Part shown: positions 9,159-18,693 of the stretch, one piece after another | Position numbering within the stretch: position 1 is the stretch's first letter | How the letters are laid out: every line of letters begins with the position of its first letter | Assembly (NCBI GenBank): GCA_963851265.1 | Contig: CAWKNZ010000008.1 | Span: 249,007 to 313,006 of the forward strand | Direction: 5' to 3' | Length of the DNA: 64,000 bases | From: an uncultured Gemmatimonadales bacterium | Lineage (GTDB): Bacteria; Gemmatimonadota; Gemmatimonadetes; Gemmatimonadales; Gemmatimonadaceae | Notes under the pieces: model-generated | Told to the model about the DNA's origin: nothing | The model's database searches: none | The model's input: the letters and a program-made list of their open reading frames with translations, nothing else | Program-made: the position numbers and the translations under genes

Positions 9159-10585
9159 GACCGCCGGTCGCCCACGACCCCGCCGCCCGCGCCGGTACTC
9201 GCCGCGCCGGCACCCGCCGCCGTGCCCCCGGCTGCTGTGCCCGGGGCCGCGATGCCGCTGGCCGCGATGCGCGCGTCCACGCGGGCCGCGTCCTGCGCCG
9301 CGCTCGCGACGAGGCGCGCGATGTCGGGCGGAACCACGCCGCCCTGGGTCGCTGCCTGCCCCTGCAGCACCGCGGCCCGGTGCAGCAAGAGTTGGTACTC
9401 CTCGAGGAACCGCGCCCGAAACTCTTCGGCGATGCGGTCCGCGTCGCGCCGGAGGTCGTCGTCCGTCCACCGCACGCGGAACGCGCGTCCGTTCCGGATC
9501 ACGCGGGCCGAGAACACGCTCTCGTCCACGAGGCGCGGCCGGACCGGCCGGGTCGCCTCCGCATCGCGCTGCGCAGCAGTAGACGCGTCGGTTGGCACAG
9601 TGGGCGGCGCGCCGGGCGGCACGCTGGGCGACGCGGAGCGATCGTCGGCAGCGGCGTCGTTCGGCGGCACGTCCCGCGACCCCGCCGCCGTGCCGCTCGC
9701 AGACGCGGCCGACGGCGTCGGCTCGCCCGGGTCGAGCAATGCGAGCAGCGCGTCCTGCCGTGCGTCCACGGACTTGATCACCGCGAGGTTCTGGAACGCA
9801 CGCACCGTCACGCGCGGCGCGGCGTACAGGGGCGTGCGGTCGACGGCGCGCAGTCGTGCGATCGCCTCGCCCACGCGCACCATCTCGCTCACGTACCCCT
9901 TGTTCTTGTCGAAGACTTCGGCGATGCGCTTCTGCGACCAGTCGGGCTGCTGGGCCAGGAGGTAGAAGCCGAGCGCAGTGTCGACCGGGTGCGGGTCGGA
10001 GCGGATCTCGTTCTCGAGCATCTGCAGCTCGACCGCCTTCTCCTCGCTGATCACGCCGTAGTCGCGGACCGGCACCTTGTCGAGCCCGATCTGCAGCGCA
10101 GCCTTCCAGCGCCGCATGCCGTACACGAGCACGCGCCGCGGATCCGTGGGTGGTCCCGCGACGCGGCGGATACCGAGGTGCTGGCCGATGTCGCGCTCGA
10201 TGGCGACGGCGGCGCACAGTCGTTGGAAGTCGGCGTCCTCGACGAACTGCCGCACGTACGGTCCTTCGAGTACGACTCGCCGGGGGTCCATCCGGTACAC
10301 GTCCTCCACGCGCTCGAACGCGAGCCCGGAGCCGACGGGGTGACGGGGCGCGCTCCGGGCGTCGCCGGCCGGCGCGTCGCGCGACGGAGCAGGGCCTGCC
10401 GCCCTGGCCGTCGTCATGCCCGGTTCGTGTCGGGTGCCGCCGAGCGAGACGCCATCCATCAGACCGCCGATTCCCGCGCGGGGGCCGCCACGCGCGACCG
10501 GGCGCGACGCGTCCGCGCGAGCGCCGTCGCCGCGTGGCGCTCCGCGATGGGGCGGATCCTTCGTTTGACCGTGCTGCCCCTTCAT
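9155..10585 (-). CDS. parB: ParB/RepB/Spo0J family partition protein
   Basis: Arginine patch VYGMRRWKAA, LQMLENEIRSD, HTH WSQKRIAEVFDKNKGYVSEMV; ATGA overlap with the parA stop. Confidence 0.85.
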   Translation of the reverse strand: MKGQHGQTKDPPHRGAPRGDGARADASRPVARGGPRAGIGGLMDGVSLGGTRHEPGMTTARAAGPAPSRDAPAGDARSAPRHPVGSGLAFERVEDVYRMDPRRVVLEGPYVRQFVEDADFQRLCAAVAIERDIGQHLGIRRVAGPPTDPRRVLVYGMRRWKAALQIGLDKVPVRDYGVISEEKAVELQMLENEIRSDPHPVDTALGFYLLAQQPDWSQKRIAEVFDKNKGYVSEMVRVGEAIARLRAVDRTPLYAAPRVTVRAFQNLAVIKSVDARQDALLALLDPGEPTPSAASASGTAAGSRDVPPNDAAADDRSASPSVPPGAPPTVPTDASTAAQRDAEATRPVRPRLVDESVFSARVIRNGRAFRVRWTDDDLRRDADRIAEEFRARFLEEYQLLLHRAAVLQGQAATQGGVVPPDIARLVASAAQDAARVDARIAASGIAAPGTAAGGTAAGAGAASTGAGGGVVGDRRS

Positions 10586-11520
10586 CCCTGAGTGCCTCCG
10601 TGTATACCCGTCCGGTGCGCGCCGGTCGCGTGCGTGTCCTCGTCGTCCGCCGCGGCGCTGTCCCTATCCCCTGAGCGCGCGCCGTCGTCGCTGTCGTCGG
10701 TTTCGACCGTGCTCGTCGGCGTGCGCCCACTCGGCGCGATTCCCGTCCGCGCGACGAGCGCGGCCGCGATCTCGCGGAACCACCCGCGCGCCTCGGCCGC
10801 GCCGCGTCCGCCGTAGAACTCGAGCGGCGTCTTGAGACGTTGCGCTTCGGCGATCACGATCCGCTCGAGGATCGGCGGTTCGAGCACCGCGTCGCCGAAC
10901 TGCCGTCGGTACTCGTCGACCCACGCCGCGTGCTCGCCGGTGGTCGGGCGCACGCCGTTGATGATCAGGCCGTCGATGACCACGTCGGGGTTGATCTTGT
11001 CCTGGACTGCCTCGACCGTGCGCATGAGGTCGCGGATCCCGTCGGCGGCGTACTCGTGCGGCTGCACGACGAGCACGACGCCGTCGCTCGCCGAGATGGC
11101 GACCTGGAGCCAGAGCCCGAGGGATGGGGGCGTGTCGATCACGACCACGTCGATCCCGTCGGGGATGCGTTCGCGCAGAATTCGGCGTCCCTCGCGCACG
11201 AGGGCGTCCCACTGGTCCTCGGACAGCTTCTTCTCCCAGTACGCCAGCTCGGGCGAGCCCGGCACCAGGAACAGCCGCGGGTGCTGGGGCGCACGGAGCA
11301 TCACGCGCTCGATCGGTTCCCCCGCGTACAGGACGGACCACACGTCCCCGTGCCCCGCGTAGTGGCGGCCGAGCAGTGTCGTCGTCGCGTTCGTCTGCCC
11401 GTCGAAGTCGAGGAGCAGCGTGTTCAATCCGCGCCCTGCGAGCGCACCCGCGAGATTGATCGCGCAGGTCGTCTTACCGACGCCCCCTTTCTGGAGCGCG
11501 AGGGAGATGATCCGGCTCAT
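10582..11520 (-). CDS. parA: ParA family partition ATPase
   Basis: Deviant Walker A QKGGVGKTT, LLDFDGQTNAT, Walker B VVIDTPPSLG. Confidence 0.95.
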   Translation of the reverse strand: MSRIISLALQKGGVGKTTCAINLAGALAGRGLNTLLLDFDGQTNATTTLLGRHYAGHGDVWSVLYAGEPIERVMLRAPQHPRLFLVPGSPELAYWEKKLSEDQWDALVREGRRILRERIPDGIDVVVIDTPPSLGLWLQVAISASDGVVLVVQPHEYAADGIRDLMRTVEAVQDKINPDVVIDGLIINGVRPTTGEHAAWVDEYRRQFGDAVLEPPILERIVIAEAQRLKTPLEFYGGRGAAEARGWFREIAAALVARTGIAPSGRTPTSTVETDDSDDGARSGDRDSAAADDEDTHATGAHRTGIHGGTQG

Positions 11521-11541
11521 CGGCGGCGGACAGGGCGGGCG

Positions 11542-11687
11542 GTTCTGCGGCAGAACTCGGGACGTCGGCGGATCACCAACTTCCCCGTTGAGAGCTGCGG
11601 ACAATACCTGTCGCGGCGCGCGCGCGCCACAGCGCCGCGGGCGCGGCCGGCAGTGTCCGCGCGTCGCGCGGAGTTCTGCGGCAGAAC
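11542..11687. promoter_or_regulatory. Two identical 15-bp palindromes GTTCTGC-G-GCAGAAC upstream of parA (candidate parS or operator)
   Basis: Exact copies at 11542-11556 and 11673-11687; not seen elsewhere in the window. Confidence 0.65.
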
Positions 11688-11922
11688 GTGTCTCGACGCG
11701 TTGCCCACCGGAACCGCGGCACCGCGGCGCCACCACGCTTCGACATGCGGCGCGATGAACAGGTCGGGACGATGGCAGCGATGACGGCAATCGATGACGG
11801 CCGCGTCGTGGTTACAGCGTACCCGGTCCGAACGTCTTTCGGGTCGCGGCCGCACCAGCCGCCTCCCGCCTGCGCACACCACGCCCGCCGCACGCCCCAC
11901 CCCGCGTCCGCCGCATACCCAC

Positions 11923-14900
11923 GTGTCAATTCCCGGACGCCGCTTCGGCAGCCCGGTCGTGCTCGCGACCGCCCTCTACGTGGCCGCACACGCGACGTGG
12001 CTCGTGACAGGGTGGGGAGGAACGCAGCTGCGCTCCGCGATCGCGGACGGGTTCCTGCTCCCGACGTTCCTCGTGACGGCGGTCGCCGCCTACCGCGTCG
12101 CGCGAGCGCGCGGCCTCGACCCGCGCGTGCGCCGCGCCTGGAGCTGGCTCGGCGGGTCATACGTCCTACTCTGGGCGGCCAACATCGCGTGGACGTGGCG
12201 TGACTTGGTTCCGGGCGCGCCGGCCGCGGTCGCCACATGGGCGCGCGTCGCGGCGCTCGCCTCGTACGCACCCCTCCTAACCGGACTCCTCGCGCTCCCG
12301 AACGCGCCCCGCACGCGGGACCAGCGCCGCCGCTTCGCCCTCGACCTCGCGACGACCGTGCTCGGCGCCGGCCTGGTGCTCTGGTGCCTCGTCATCCGGC
12401 CGGCAGCCCTCGACCCTTCCGAAGGGGTGATACGCGGCCTTCTGGCGCACGCGCCGCCGGTGCTCGACTTCGCGGTCGTGGCCATCATCGTCGCGCTGCT
12501 GCTCGGACGCCTCGAGACCGGAAGCCGGGTGGCGCTCCGCGTGCTCGCCGCGGGGCAAACGCTGAGCGTGGGCGCCGGTGTCGTCACCGCCACCCTCGGC
12601 CATGTCACCCCGTTGCCGCCCGGGCACTGGGTCGACGGGCTCTGGATGCTCTCCGACGCGCTGCTGCTCGTCGCCGCCGACCTCCAGTACCGACACGGGC
12701 GCAGCGAGAACGCCCCCCTGCCGCGCGACGCGCGCGAGGCGAGAGATGCGCGCGACGAGGGTGAGGGTGGGTTCACCCTCCTCCCCTACGCCGGCATCGC
12801 ACTCGGCTGCGCGCTCCTGCTCTTCCTCACGCGGCCGTGGTGGGGAGAGGCGGTCGGCGTCGCCGTGTTCGGGAGCGTCGCGCTCACCGCGCTGGTGCTC
12901 GTGCGCCAGATCGCCGCGCTGCGCGACAACCAGCGCCTGCTCTCGGAACGCCACGCGCAGAGCGAGTACTTCCGCGGCCTCATCGAACACGCGTCCGACG
13001 TCGTCTACGTGGTCGACCCCGACGGACACTTCCGCTACGCGAGCCCGGCCTCGGAGCGCATCTTCGGATTCTCGCGCTCCGCCGTCGGCGACCGGTCGCT
13101 GCTCGACTTCCTGCACGCGGACGACGTCGAGCGTGCACGTGCGGCGATCACCGCCGCGGCGTCCGGCACGCGCTCGACGGTCGAACTCCGCGCGCGTCAT
13201 GCGAGCGGGACATGGCTCACCATCGAAGCCGTCGCCGCACAGCTGCCCGGCCGCACCGCCCAACTCGTGCTCAACGTGCGCGACGTGACCGAGCGGACCC
13301 GGGCGGAAGCCGAACGCGAGCGCCTCGTCGCCCAACGCGACGCCGAACGCGCCCTGCTCGACGCGGTACTCGAGCAGATGCCGGCCGCGGTGCTGATCGC
13401 CGACGCCGCGTCCGGACGGCTGCTCGTCGGCAACGACGTCGTCGACCGCATTTTCGACGGGGCCTGGTCCGCACAGGCGCGGGACGGCGCCGCCCTGAGC
13501 AGCCTCGCGTTCCACCCCGACGGCCGCCCGGTCACACCCGCGGAATGGCCGCTCGCACGCGCCGTGCGCGGCGAACAGGTGCTCGGCGAGGAGTTACGCG
13601 TGGCCGGCGCAGACGAGGGGACGGCATGGGTGCGGATCAGCGCCGGCCCCGTGCGCGACCGCGACGGGCGGATCGTCGCCGGCGTGGCCGTGGCCGAAGA
13701 CGTCACGGAGCGCAAGCGCCTCGAAGCCCGACTCGAGCACCAGGCCTTCCACGACCCGCTCACACAACTCGCCAACCGCGCGCTGTTCCGCGACCGCGTC
13801 GCGCAGGCGCTCGCCGCGGCGCAACGCGGCGGGACGCGACCGACGGTGCTCTTCCTCGATCTCGACGACTTCAAGGCGGTGAACGACGCGCTCGGCCACG
13901 CCGAGGGCGACCGGCTGCTGACGCAGGTGGCCGGACGCCTGCTGAACGCCACGCGCGGTTGCGACACCGTGGCGCGACTCGGCGGCGACGAGTTCGCGGT
14001 GCTGCTCGCGTCGACGAGTCATGGCGACGAGGCCGTCGTCGTGGCCAAACGCATCATCGAATCCCTCGGCCGCCCGTTCGCGCTCGGCGAGCGCGAGGTG
14101 TGCGTCGGCGCGAGCGTCGGAATCGCCGCGTCCGATCCGGCCGACGGAACCGACGAGGTGCTGCGGAACGCCGACCTCGCGATGTACCGCGCGAAGTCGC
14201 GCGGCAAAGGCACGCACGAGGTGTTCGCGTCGCAACTCTACGCCGAGGTCCACGACCGCGCGGCACTCGAAGCCGACCTCCGGCACGCGCTGCCGCGGGG
14301 CGAGTTCCGGCTCGAGTACCAGCCCATCGTCGACCTCGAATCGGAGTGCGTCGTCGGCGTCGAGGCGCTCGTCCGCTGGAACCACCCCGAGCGCGGCCCC
14401 GTGTCGCCGGCGCGCTTCATCGGGCTCGCCGAGGAGTCGGGCGCCATCATCCCGCTCGGCCGCTGGGTTCTCGACGCGGCGTGCCGGCAGGCCGCCGAGT
14501 GGCGCCGCGCCGGCGCGCGCGACCTGTACGTCGCCGTCAACATCTCCGGTCGGCAGCTGCAGCACCCGCCGTTCGCCGCCGAGGTGGCGGCCGCGCTCGA
14601 CGAATCGGGGCTCGCGCCCGACGCGCTCCTGCTCGAGATCACCGAAGGGGTGATGATGGAAGCGACGGACGCGAACCTCGCGCGCCTCGCGGAGCTGAAG
14701 CGGTTGGGCGTGCGCCTCGCCATCGACGACTTCGGGATCGGCTACTCGTCGCTCAGCTACCTCCAGCGGTTCCCGGTCGACGTGCTCAAGATCGACAAGA
14801 GCTTCGTCGACGGCGTGCACCTGCGCGACAGCGATCGCGCACTCGCGCGCACGATCGTCACCCTCGGCGAGGCGTTGTCGCTCCGCACGGTCGCTGAAGG

Positions 14901-15033
14901 CGTCGAGCACGCGGCGCAGCGCGACAGCCTCCGCGCGCTCGGGTGCGTGCTGGGGCAGGGGTACCTCTTCGCCCGGCCGCTCGCGCCGGCCACCGTGTCG
15001 GCCATGCTCGCGGCGGGCGCGCGAAACGGCTGA
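11923..15033 (+). CDS. Membrane-bound PAS-PAS-GGDEF-EAL diguanylate cyclase/phosphodiesterase
   Basis: Multi-TM N-terminus, two PAS/PAC domains, HDPLTQLANR, RLGGDEF, VEALVRW, IDDFGIGYSS. Start approximate. Confidence 0.92.
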   Translation: MSIPGRRFGSPVVLATALYVAAHATWLVTGWGGTQLRSAIADGFLLPTFLVTAVAAYRVARARGLDPRVRRAWSWLGGSYVLLWAANIAWTWRDLVPGAPAAVATWARVAALASYAPLLTGLLALPNAPRTRDQRRRFALDLATTVLGAGLVLWCLVIRPAALDPSEGVIRGLLAHAPPVLDFAVVAIIVALLLGRLETGSRVALRVLAAGQTLSVGAGVVTATLGHVTPLPPGHWVDGLWMLSDALLLVAADLQYRHGRSENAPLPRDAREARDARDEGEGGFTLLPYAGIALGCALLLFLTRPWWGEAVGVAVFGSVALTALVLVRQIAALRDNQRLLSERHAQSEYFRGLIEHASDVVYVVDPDGHFRYASPASERIFGFSRSAVGDRSLLDFLHADDVERARAAITAAASGTRSTVELRARHASGTWLTIEAVAAQLPGRTAQLVLNVRDVTERTRAEAERERLVAQRDAERALLDAVLEQMPAAVLIADAASGRLLVGNDVVDRIFDGAWSAQARDGAALSSLAFHPDGRPVTPAEWPLARAVRGEQVLGEELRVAGADEGTAWVRISAGPVRDRDGRIVAGVAVAEDVTERKRLEARLEHQAFHDPLTQLANRALFRDRVAQALAAAQRGGTRPTVLFLDLDDFKAVNDALGHAEGDRLLTQVAGRLLNATRGCDTVARLGGDEFAVLLASTSHGDEAVVVAKRIIESLGRPFALGEREVCVGASVGIAASDPADGTDEVLRNADLAMYRAKSRGKGTHEVFASQLYAEVHDRAALEADLRHALPRGEFRLEYQPIVDLESECVVGVEALVRWNHPERGPVSPARFIGLAEESGAIIPLGRWVLDAACRQAAEWRRAGARDLYVAVNISGRQLQHPPFAAEVAAALDESGLAPDALLLEITEGVMMEATDANLARLAELKRLGVRLAIDDFGIGYSSLSYLQRFPVDVLKIDKSFVDGVHLRDSDRALARTIVTLGEALSLRTVAEGVEHAAQRDSLRALGCVLGQGYLFARPLAPATVSAMLAAGARNG

Positions 15034-15128
15034 CGCCCGCCGACACGGCTTGCGCATGCGCGAGCCGGCCCCGACATTCGCGCCGAAACGCGGTACAGAA
15101 GCGAGCCATTCTCCCCGTTCCGGACGTC

Positions 15129-16100
15129 ATGAGTCGCGCCGCCCGCTGGACCCCCAGTCCCGAGCAGACAGCCCTCTGGCCGTCGATCTCGGGCAACACG
15201 ATCAACGGCGTGGGCGAGACAGCCGTACGTCGCCCCTCGCCCATCTACTGGCACGCGCCCGACGCCACGCCCCACGGACCGCTTCAACTCTGGTTCCTGC
15301 GGCGAACGACGCCGCTCGTCCAGGTGGCGCGGCAGGAGCGAACGGCCGCGATCGAGGCCCCCGTCGGACCGCTCGCACCGGTGCCGGTGGAACAGAGCGC
15401 GGACGATTGGTCGCGCGTTGTGAAGGTCGCCGCACTCGCCGCCGGCGCCGACGTGGTGGGCATCACGCGCGTGCAGCCACAGTGGGTGTTCGAGGGCCAC
15501 GCCGTGCCCCAACGCTGGGCGATCATGCTCGGCGTGGCGCATGGCTGGGCGTCATTGCGGACCGCCCCCGCGGAAGAAGCGGCGGCGGAGGTGATCCGCC
15601 AGTACGCGCGCGGCATCCGCGTCGCGAAAGAGGTGGCGTCCGCCATTCGCGCGCGGGGGCACGAGGCGGTGCCGCACGGCGGGCCGATGGCCTACCCGAT
15701 GCTCCTCGTCCCGGCCGCGATCGCGGCCGGGCTCGGCGAACTCGGCAAACACGGGTCGCTCATCAACCGCACGCTCGGCTCCAACCTGCGACTCGCGTGC
15801 GTGCTCACCGACGTGCCGCTCGTCGACGATGCGGTCGACGACTTCGGGGCCGCCGACTTCTGCACGCGGTGTCAGGCGTGCAGCAATGCCTGTCCGCCGC
15901 AGGCGATCGGGTCCGAGCCACAGCTGGTACGTGGCGAGCGACGCTGGTACGTGGACTTCGACCGCTGCCTGCCGTTCTTCAACGAACACCAGGGCTGTGG
16001 CATCTGTCTGTCGGTGTGCCCGTGGAATCACCCGGGGGTCGCGCCCAACCTCGTGCGCAAGCTGGCCCTGCGTCGCGAGCGCACGACCGTCGACGCGTGA
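15129..16100 (+). CDS. 4Fe-4S dicluster protein of the reductive dehalogenase/QueG (cobalamin-dependent) superfamily
   Basis: AGLGELGKHGSLI...GSNLRLACVLTDVPL, CTRCQACSNACP and C...CGICLSVCPWN. Confidence 0.8.
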   Translation: MSRAARWTPSPEQTALWPSISGNTINGVGETAVRRPSPIYWHAPDATPHGPLQLWFLRRTTPLVQVARQERTAAIEAPVGPLAPVPVEQSADDWSRVVKVAALAAGADVVGITRVQPQWVFEGHAVPQRWAIMLGVAHGWASLRTAPAEEAAAEVIRQYARGIRVAKEVASAIRARGHEAVPHGGPMAYPMLLVPAAIAAGLGELGKHGSLINRTLGSNLRLACVLTDVPLVDDAVDDFGAADFCTRCQACSNACPPQAIGSEPQLVRGERRWYVDFDRCLPFFNEHQGCGICLSVCPWNHPGVAPNLVRKLALRRERTTVDA

Positions 16101-16145
16101 TGGACCGGTAGAGCGGGCGACGGCCGACCGCGCGTGCGCCGCAGC

Positions 16146-17921
16146 TCACCACGCGGGGACGCCGCGTTGGCGGTCGCGCGACGCGCGCAGCCGCGGGGCG
16201 TGCGCGGCGAGCAGGTCGCCGCGGGTGAGAATCCCGACCGCGGTGTGTGGATCGTCACGCGCGACGACGAGCAGGCGTCCGACGTCGTGCTCGACCATCA
16301 GGTCGGCCGCGTCGCGCAGCGTGGCGTCGGACGCGACGGTGAGCGGGGCCCGGCCGACGAGGGTGCCGACCGCCGCGGCCGGCGTGCCGACCGGGCGTAG
16401 CAGGTCGCGCCGCGTCACGACCCCCAACAACCGCCCCGAGCCGTCGACCACGGGGTAGCCCTGGTGCGCAGCGTCGGCCCCGTCCGCATCGAGCCACCGA
16501 CGCACCGCGTCGACGGGCCGCTCGGCGGGCAACGTCACGGGGTTGGGCGTCATGGCCGCGCGCACGGGCACGCCGGCCAGGTAGTCGGCGGTGTACTCCG
16601 CCCGCACCTCGGCGCCTCGGCGTGCGAGGCGCTCGGTCATGATCGACCGCGGGTTGAGCAGCAGCGAGACCAGGTAAGCGGCCGCGCATCCGGCGAGCAG
16701 CGGCACGAGCCCGAGTGGCTGGCGCGTCGTCTCGAACGCGAAGATCACGGACGCCAGCACCGCGTGCGAGGCGCCGGCGAAGATGGCCGCCATCCCGACG
16801 AGTCCCGCGACGCGCGCGTCGACGCCCAGGGACGGCGCGATCCGCGCCACGACGCTCCCGATCCACGCGCCGATCCCACCGCCGATCGTGAACAGCGGCG
16901 CGAGCGTGCCGCCCGAGGTGCCGCTGCCCAGGTACACGACCCACGAGACGAACTTGAGCGCGACCAGAACGAGCAGCGCGCGCCCCGTGATCGTCCCGGT
17001 GAGCGCGCCGGCGATGTTGTCGTAGCCGACTCCGAGCGTCCGAGGCTCGACGAGGCCGACCAAACCCACCACTACTGCGCCACCTACGGGCCACCACATC
17101 CAGTGGATGCCGAATCGGTGGCCGAGCTTCTCGAACCCGTCCTCGACTGCGTAACAGGCGCTGGTGATGCCGGCCGCGAGCGCGCCGATCCCTGCGCCGA
17201 GTGCGACGTAGCAGGCCACGGCCGCGAGTGACGGGGCGGCCACGGCGGGCATCGCGAATACGGGTGCCACTCCGTCGAAGGCGATCCGTACCGCGCCGGC
17301 GGCTGCGGCCGCGAGGGCCACCGGCACGAGCGAACGGGCGCGGTACTCGAAGAGCAGGAGTTCGACGGCCAGGAGCACCGCGCTCACGGGCGAACCGAAG
17401 GTCGCGGCCATGCCGGCGGCGGCGCCGGCCGCGAGCAGGGTCTTGCGTTCGTCGGCCGTGACGTGGGCGAGTTGCCCGACGAGCGACCCGAACGAGCCAC
17501 CCGTGGCGATGATCGGGCCTTCCGCACCGAACGGCCCCCCGGTGCCGATCGCGATCGCGGCTGAAAGGGGCTTGAGGAGGAGCAGGCGTGGCGGGATGCG
17601 GCTCTCGCCGTAGAGCACCTTCTCCATCACCTCCGGGATGCCGTGTCCGCGGATCGCAGCCGAGCCGTAGCGCGCCATCACGCCGACGGCGAGCGCTCCC
17701 GCGACCGGCACGAGGGCCGCCCAAGCGCCCAGGTGGTGACCTGCTGGTGACACGAAGTGGGCATCAGCGCGCCCGTAATACGCCAGATTCGTGAACAGCC
17801 CGATGAGGCGTACGAGGAACTGGGCCAGGAGTGCGGCGATACCTCCGATCACCAGTGCGGCGGCCGCGACCGCCGCCGTGCGGGCATCGACCGGGCGCGA
17901 ACGGTCGTGGTCAGCGGGCAC
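16146..17921 (-). CDS. ClC chloride channel/antiporter with tandem CBS domains
   Basis: GHGIPE, GGPFGAEGP, GTSGGTLAP; C-terminal CBS pair (YPVVD..GRLLGVVTRRD, GILTRGD). Confidence 0.92.
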   Translation of the reverse strand: MPADHDRSRPVDARTAAVAAAALVIGGIAALLAQFLVRLIGLFTNLAYYGRADAHFVSPAGHHLGAWAALVPVAGALAVGVMARYGSAAIRGHGIPEVMEKVLYGESRIPPRLLLLKPLSAAIAIGTGGPFGAEGPIIATGGSFGSLVGQLAHVTADERKTLLAAGAAAGMAATFGSPVSAVLLAVELLLFEYRARSLVPVALAAAAAGAVRIAFDGVAPVFAMPAVAAPSLAAVACYVALGAGIGALAAGITSACYAVEDGFEKLGHRFGIHWMWWPVGGAVVVGLVGLVEPRTLGVGYDNIAGALTGTITGRALLVLVALKFVSWVVYLGSGTSGGTLAPLFTIGGGIGAWIGSVVARIAPSLGVDARVAGLVGMAAIFAGASHAVLASVIFAFETTRQPLGLVPLLAGCAAAYLVSLLLNPRSIMTERLARRGAEVRAEYTADYLAGVPVRAAMTPNPVTLPAERPVDAVRRWLDADGADAAHQGYPVVDGSGRLLGVVTRRDLLRPVGTPAAAVGTLVGRAPLTVASDATLRDAADLMVEHDVGRLLVVARDDPHTAVGILTRGDLLAAHAPRLRASRDRQRGVPAW

Positions 17922-18501
17922 GCGGTGCTCCGGCGTGCTCGGGGGCGGGGGTGCGGGGGCGGCGCGCAGTTGCCGTGCGTGCTTCGAAGAACATGGTCGG
18001 GGCGACCGTGTCGAGGCCGGCCGCGGCCACCCAGCGGGTCAGGCCACGCGCGAGCGCCGCGCGCTCGTCGGCGGGCAGCGTCGCGAGGGCGTCGACGAGG
18101 CGTTCGGGCACGCTCCGGCGGGCGCCGCGCACCGCAGCGCGACCCGCGGCGGTCAGATAGAGCGTGCGCTGGCGCCCGTCGGTGGCGTGGGCGCGCCGCT
18201 CGAGGAGACCGCGCGCGACGAGGCGGGCGACCACCTCGCTCGCGCTGCTCTGCTGGGTGTGCGTGCGTGCGGCGAGGGCGCCGAGGGCGAGGCCCGGCTC
18301 CGCGGCCGCGGCGCGGAGGGCGAAGAGTTGGGCCGCGCTCACGCCGTGCGCGCGCGCGGTGGCGCGCGTTGAGCCGCGGAGCGCGCGCACGAGACGGCGG
18401 AGCGCGTCCATCGCGACCTGCGCGTCGGCGTCCAACGGGTGGGCGCTCGACGGCGAGGCGTCGTCCGGCGACGTGTTGGGCGGGGAAGCGGGAATCGGCA
18501 T
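17911..18501 (-). CDS. MarR family transcriptional regulator
   Basis: GVSAAQLFAL...QSSASEVVARLVARGLL...DGRQRTLYLTAAG; TACATT -10-like box 6 nt before the ATG. Confidence 0.88.
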   Translation of the reverse strand: MPIPASPPNTSPDDASPSSAHPLDADAQVAMDALRRLVRALRGSTRATARAHGVSAAQLFALRAAAAEPGLALGALAARTHTQQSSASEVVARLVARGLLERRAHATDGRQRTLYLTAAGRAAVRGARRSVPERLVDALATLPADERAALARGLTRWVAAAGLDTVAPTMFFEARTATARRPRTPAPEHAGAPRAR

Positions 18502-18513
18502 GGCGGAAATGTA

Positions 18514-18541
18514 CATCGGTCCCGATGCATCGGTCCCGATG
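18514..18541. promoter_or_regulatory. Tandem 14-bp palindromes CATCGG-TC-CCGATG x2 (probable MarR operator)
   Basis: Exact copies at 18514-18527 and 18528-18541, directly upstream of the marR -10 box. Confidence 0.6.
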
Positions 18542-18693
18542 CACCGGTGCCGTGCACAGCTGCCACACCAGGCGCACCGCGTGCACGGCGTGCCGGACCG
18601 TGCGGTCCGGGAATCGACGGCGGCGCGCGGGCACGGCACGACGGCTGCCCAACCCGGGCCCGTTGCTCATTCCCGTGCCCAGGAGAACTCTGT

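Noticed and set aside
7194..10730. 1178-aa ORF in the track
   Set aside because: Its first about 520 codons are an Arg-rich shadow frame over parB/parA. The real gene most plausibly starts at GTG 9158, overlapping the parB stop.
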